DNA of 64,000 nt. Source: a bacterium (lineage in GTDB: Bacteria > Acidobacteriota > Blastocatellia > HR10). The notes under the pieces are model-generated. The model worked only from the letters and a program-made list of their open reading frames with translations. It did not search any database and was not told where the DNA came from. The stretch covers positions 32,001 through 96,000 of the forward strand of contig JBEPZV010000001.1 in NCBI GenBank assembly GCA_041640655.1, read 5' to 3'. Every line of letters starts with the position of its first letter. Position 1 is the first letter of the stretch. Of the stretch, positions 59,501 to 64,000 are shown one piece after another. The position numbers were made by a program, and so were the translations under genes.

Positions 59501-60738
59501 AGATCCCCCCATGTATCCAGATAAAGGATGGTCTGGAGCAGGACATTGGCCCCATTGACGCAATCTTCAAGGGCAGTGAACTCACGCTCGGAGTGACTGA
59601 TGCCCCCGGCGCTGGGGACGAAAATCATTCCCATGGGGGCTATGCGAGCCATCATCTGCGCATCGTGACCGGCTCCGCTCGGCATGCGGTGAAAAGGGAA
59701 CCCGAGCGCCGTCGCCGCCGCCTCGATGGCCCGCATGACCCGCGCATCTGCACGAGCGGGCTTGAATCGTTCCCCCTCGCGGATTTCGATCTGCACGCCA
59801 TACGCGAGGGCTATATCTTCGGCCTGCCGCCGGAGATGCTCCCACGCGCGCGTGATGCGCTCTTCCTCCACATCGCGCAGCTCCAGCGTCAGGCGCACCT
59901 CTCCGGGGATGACGTTCCGAGCGTTGGGGATGACCTCGAGCTGGCCGATAGTGCCCGTCATGCAGAACGCGCCGCTTCGGATCGTCTCATGCACCAGGAG
60001 GATGAAGCGCGCGGCGGCCAGGAGCGCATCACGTCGCCAGGTCATTGGGGTTGTCCCCGAATGATTGGCCTCTCCGAGGATGCGGACGGAGCTGTAGAGA
60101 ATGCCGGTGATGCCTTCCACGATGCCGATGGGGACGCCCAAGCGTTCCAAAGTGCCTCCCTGCTCCACGTGCAGTTCCACATACGCCAAGATCTCCTCCG
60201 GACGGCGCGCGGCCTCGCGAATTCGTCGCGGGTCTCCACCGATCGCCTCGATCGCTTGAGCGAATGTTCGTCCTCTCGCATCGACGAGGAGCAATTCGGC
60301 GGGATCGAGCTCCCCGACCATCGCGCGACTTCCGGAGAGTCCGGGAAACGCGTGACCTTCCTCGTTGGCGAAGACGATCACCTCCAACGGATGTTCCGTC
60401 CTGATCCCCGCCTCCTGCAACGTCCGCAGGCATTCGATCCCGGCCACGCATCCGAGGACGCCGTCGTATCGTCCGCCACTGGGAACGGTATCCAGATGTG
60501 ATCCGAATGCAATCGCGGGAGCCGCCGTCCGTCCGTCACGACGACCGATGATGTTCCCCGCCGGATCAACGGTGACCGTCAGGCCGGCTTCGCGCATCAG
60601 CTCCATGGCGATCTCCCGCCCGAGGCGATCGGCTTCGGAGAAGGCCACTCGCGTCGTCCCCACCTGGGCCAGTCGCTCCATCGCGCGCGCCAAGCGATCG
60701 GCATTGATGCGGATATGCGAATGCTCGCTCCGTCTCAT
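59497..60738 (-). CDS. N-carbamoyl-L-amino acid amidohydrolase (M20 family)
   Basis: GSHLDTV, YDGVLG, NEEG, ELHVEQG, SGAGHDAQ, GISHS. Confidence 0.92.
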   Translation of the reverse strand: MRRSEHSHIRINADRLARAMERLAQVGTTRVAFSEADRLGREIAMELMREAGLTVTVDPAGNIIGRRDGRTAAPAIAFGSHLDTVPSGGRYDGVLGCVAGIECLRTLQEAGIRTEHPLEVIVFANEEGHAFPGLSGSRAMVGELDPAELLLVDARGRTFAQAIEAIGGDPRRIREAARRPEEILAYVELHVEQGGTLERLGVPIGIVEGITGILYSSVRILGEANHSGTTPMTWRRDALLAAARFILLVHETIRSGAFCMTGTIGQLEVIPNARNVIPGEVRLTLELRDVEEERITRAWEHLRRQAEDIALAYGVQIEIREGERFKPARADARVMRAIEAAATALGFPFHRMPSGAGHDAQMMARIAPMGMIFVPSAGGISHSEREFTALEDCVNGANVLLQTILYLDTWGDL

Positions 60739-60754
60739 CGAACTCCACCCTCAT

Positions 60755-63700
60755 TCAGAAGATGTACTTCAACCCGAACTGGATCTGGCGCGAGAAGTGC
60801 GCGCCAAAGATGCGTCCGAAATTCGGCGAATCGAAGACCCGATTAGGGAGTTTGAAATTGGTATTATTGAGGAAGTTGAAGAATTCCGCTCGAAACTGCA
60901 CCTGATGCGTCTCCCGAATTCGGAGATTCTTCAGCACGGCGAAATCCCAGTTTCGGAAGGGCGGCCCGATGACTGTGTTGCGACCGGCGTTGCCGAAGAA
61001 GGATGGGGGCTGTCGCCGAAAGCATTCGGTTCGAAACCACTTCTCCGGCCGACGCGGGGCGTTCTCGTTGGGATCGCAGACCTGATCGGGGCGCGTGAAG
61101 GTGTATCCGGTGCCACTCGGATCAACTTGGAACGAAGGCGTGAGCGGTTGTCCGCTCTGAAGCGTGAGCACGCCTGAGAGCTGCCATCCGCCCAGCAGAT
61201 GGTCCACGAGAGCTGGCGCGTTGGTCAAGAACCGTCGCCCGCGCCCAAGGGGAAGCTCATAGACATAGCTGAGCACGAAGCGATGCTTCGCGTGGAAATT
61301 CGAGAGGCCGCGCTCGCACCGATTCGGGCAATAGCTATCCTGAGGCGGCGCGTTCACTCCGCCCGACTCGAAGCCATTGGAGACCGTATCGATAGAGCGA
61401 GAGAAGGTGTAACTGGCGACGAAGGAGAACCCTTTCGCGAACCGCTGCTCCGCCTTGAGCGCGAGCGCCTCATAATGCGAATTCCCGCCGCCTCCGAAAA
61501 GGATGAAGTCCCCGAGCTGAGGGAACGGACGGGGGGGATTAGGATCCCCACGCCCAGCGATCCGCTGATTACCGCGCAGGATTCGATCCAGCTTATGCCC
61601 CACCGAGCCGATATAGCCGATCTCGAGGGCCAAAGAACCGGTCAGCTGATGTTGCAGATTCAGACTCCACTGATAGACATCTCCGAGGGGGAAATGGCGC
61701 TCCGTCGTATTACCGGCATTGGGGACACTGATCGCCGTGAAGGCGTTCTCCCACGAGAGCGTCGGGAGGAGCGCAGCTCCCACCAAACCTCCAACCCCCA
61801 GGTTGACTGCCGCCGATGTCCCATAGAACGGGATATTCGCCTGTGTTTGTGCGTGAGTTCCAGCGAGCGTTCGCGTGGCGAAGAACCAGCCAGCTCCGCC
61901 CCGGAGGACCGTTCGTCCCTTTCCCGTCAGGTCATACGCGAATCCGAATCGGGGGCCCCAATTATCCTTATCCGAATCGACGAGCGTGCGCGGCCATCCC
62001 GCCTCGCGGAAGGTCGCAAACCGGATACCCTGTGCCCGGAACCGATCCAGACCTGGCGGGAGTTGGTCGCGGTTGATGATGAGCGTTCCCGTCCTGAAAT
62101 CGACGGCGGCCCGCGGCTCTCGCGTCAGCGGAGGTCGCCAGAATTCGTAGCGCAAGCCGAGGTTCATGGTCAATCGAGGTGTGACTTTCCAGTCATCATG
62201 GATGTAGAAGTTCGTCGCCCAGATGAAGCTATGTCCTCGCGTGTTTCCGCCGACGGAGCCGATGTTGAGCGTGGGAATGCCGAGCAGGAAGTCGGCGAAG
62301 CCGTTCCCCGTATTCGCCGGGTTCCGTGGGTCGGCGGTGAAGCCTCCGGAGAATTGGAACCATCCGCGGATGAAGAGGTCGAACGTGTGGTAGAACTGCT
62401 GCCGCCAGACATCCACCCCGAACTTGAACGTATGCGTCCCGCGCGTCCAGGCCAGATTATCCGTCCACTGGAAGTGATTCGTCAGGAAGTCGAAGGGGGA
62501 GGCGATATCCGTATCGCCGAAATCGCTGAATCCGGCCACGGAGATCGGAGGCAGCCCGAAGTCGCGCGGCTCGCGCGAGGTGCCTGGGATTTTGAACATC
62601 CCGAAGAAGTCGACGTCGCGGTGCTCAGGGCGACGCACGGTGTTCGCGCGATTGAATCCGAACCGGAACTCATTCACGAGGTTCGGGGTGAAGACGTGTG
62701 TCTCGCTGATGGCAAGATTTCGGCTGAAGGCATCGAAGAAGATACCGAAGCCCGGTGGAGCTGGAGGAGCCGCGCTCAGAAAGTTCGGAGCGAAGGGTTC
62801 CTGCGTCCTCGTATCGGAGAGGGTGAAGCGCACAAATAGGCTATCTTTCTCCGAGAGTCGGTGATCGACGCGGATCGTGAACTGATCGCGATCGTTGCGT
62901 CGCGTTCCGACACTGATGAAGTTTTGCACCCCCGCCTGTTGAACCCTCGGCAAGAGGGAGGCTAAGAAGGCGGAAGCCGGATGGATGCGTTCCCTCGGGA
63001 TGATGTTCCCGGGGAAAGGATCGCGAATGATCCGGGAGGGGTCATTGGGATCGCGTCGCGTCGTCAGGGGATCGAAGATGGGGGGGAGCCCGGAGAAGTC
63101 TCCTCGCAACATGCGCTCGGTCGGGAGGGTGGACGTTTCGGTGAGAGATTGGCGGATTCGCAATCCCTCGTAGTTTCCGAAGAAGAACGTGCGGTCCTTG
63201 ATGAGGCGACCTCCGAGGGAGAAGCCGAACTGGTTCTGCCGGAACGGCGGGACCTTCTTGGGATCGAAGAAGTTGCGGGCATCTAAGGCGTCGTTTCGGA
63301 GGAACTCGAAGGCAGCTCCATGGAACTCATTGGATCCGGACTTGGTCGAGACACTGATTTGTCCTCCCGAGAGATTGCCATATTCGGCGCTATAGAGCGA
63401 CCCTTTGACCTTGAACTCCTGAATGGCCTCGACGGAGATCGGGATGTTCATGTTGTTGAACGACGGATCCGCATTCGACACGCCGTCAATGAGATATCCG
63501 TTTTGGTCATCCCGCCCACCATTGATGTTGACCGTGAGCCCTCCACCGGAGACGGTGAATCGGGAAGCACCGGTCTCTTGAGCGGCCGCCACAGCTCCCG
63601 GGGCCAACAGGGCGAGCTGGAGAAAGTTTCGGGCGTTCAGAGGGAGCTCCGTCACCCGACGTTCTTCAATGACCGATCCCACCTCCGACGTCCCTGTTTG

Positions 63701-64000
63701 TATGAGTGGCGCAGCGGCGGTGACTTCGACAACATCTTGGAGCTCTCCGATCTGAAGCTCCAGATCAACGTGGACCCGCTCATCGACCTCCAAAACGACC
63801 CGTGACGCGATGGCTTTCTTGAAGCCCGGGTGCTCGGCCGTCACTTCGTAGATCCCGACCGGGAGCAAGCTGATCACGAAGTTCCCCATCTCATCGGTGC
63901 GGGTTTGGCGGATCAGCCCAGTCGCCGTATTGCGCACGACCACGAGGACGTTAGGGACAACGGCTCCACTCGGATCTCGAACCGTTCCGGTGATGGCTCC
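60755..64000 (-). CDS. TonB-dependent receptor (5' end outside window)
   Basis: Frame open to 64000; LPLNARNFLQL, KSGSNEFHG, QFRAEFFN, RQIQFGLKYIF. Confidence 0.9.
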   Translation of the reverse strand, partial: GAITGTVRDPSGAVVPNVLVVVRNTATGLIRQTRTDEMGNFVISLLPVGIYEVTAEHPGFKKAIASRVVLEVDERVHVDLELQIGELQDVVEVTAAAPLIQTGTSEVGSVIEERRVTELPLNARNFLQLALLAPGAVAAAQETGASRFTVSGGGLTVNINGGRDDQNGYLIDGVSNADPSFNNMNIPISVEAIQEFKVKGSLYSAEYGNLSGGQISVSTKSGSNEFHGAAFEFLRNDALDARNFFDPKKVPPFRQNQFGFSLGGRLIKDRTFFFGNYEGLRIRQSLTETSTLPTERMLRGDFSGLPPIFDPLTTRRDPNDPSRIIRDPFPGNIIPRERIHPASAFLASLLPRVQQAGVQNFISVGTRRNDRDQFTIRVDHRLSEKDSLFVRFTLSDTRTQEPFAPNFLSAAPPAPPGFGIFFDAFSRNLAISETHVFTPNLVNEFRFGFNRANTVRRPEHRDVDFFGMFKIPGTSREPRDFGLPPISVAGFSDFGDTDIASPFDFLTNHFQWTDNLAWTRGTHTFKFGVDVWRQQFYHTFDLFIRGWFQFSGGFTADPRNPANTGNGFADFLLGIPTLNIGSVGGNTRGHSFIWATNFYIHDDWKVTPRLTMNLGLRYEFWRPPLTREPRAAVDFRTGTLIINRDQLPPGLDRFRAQGIRFATFREAGWPRTLVDSDKDNWGPRFGFAYDLTGKGRTVLRGGAGWFFATRTLAGTHAQTQANIPFYGTSAAVNLGVGGLVGAALLPTLSWENAFTAISVPNAGNTTERHFPLGDVYQWSLNLQHQLTGSLALEIGYIGSVGHKLDRILRGNQRIAGRGDPNPPRPFPQLGDFILFGGGGNSHYEALALKAEQRFAKGFSFVASYTFSRSIDTVSNGFESGGVNAPPQDSYCPNRCERGLSNFHAKHRFVLSYVYELPLGRGRRFLTNAPALVDHLLGGWQLSGVLTLQSGQPLTPSFQVDPSGTGYTFTRPDQVCDPNENAPRRPEKWFRTECFRRQPPSFFGNAGRNTVIGPPFRNWDFAVLKNLRIRETHQVQFRAEFFNFLNNTNFKLPNRVFDSPNFGRIFGAHFSRQIQFGLKYIF

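Overview
GC-rich bacterial window; the multiple carboxypeptidase-regulatory-domain TonB-dependent receptors suggest Acidobacteriota (inference). From left to right: (1) zwf-gnd, a broken tkt and a GH15 glucoamylase. (2) A ~24 kb heavy-metal/thiol-redox island (~5.3-29.9 kb) with a truncated merA-like gene, ACR3, TauE, repeated merR/merT-HMA cassettes with ZntR/CueR-type 20-bp-spacer promoters, a disulfide reductase, TlpA proteins, CMD/AhpD proteins and Crp regulators. (3) Two TonB-dependent receptors. (4) An ECF sigma factor and a degenerate sigma54-activator-like gene. (5) A Rieske/cytochrome b-c pair divergent from a cytochrome P460-like gene with NPCNPC repeats, followed by FGE and Crp. (6) glnD-glnK-amtB. 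(7) A hydantoin/lactam catabolic operon with its own receptor. Main hidden signal: six island genes are split in the ORF track by one in-frame TGA that sits at a catalytic or metal-binding Cys position (UxxC x2, CxxU, xxxU, CU, OsmC-U), each followed by a SECIS-like hairpin. This points to a selenoprotein-rich metal-handling system, including a MerR-controlled operon (Cys-rich peptide, CU membrane protein, beta-barrel, CxxU HMA protein). Second signal: a 38-bp palindromic element present about 12 times, five of them inside coding frames (clean 42-bp/14-aa inserts in four). Third signal: a recurring Crp-type GT(A/G)-N8-(T)AC site 21-23 nt upstream of -10 boxes, linking several of these operons. 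No selA/B/C/D, transposase, rRNA, tRNA or CRISPR array was recognised. All family calls are by eye from motifs, without database searches.
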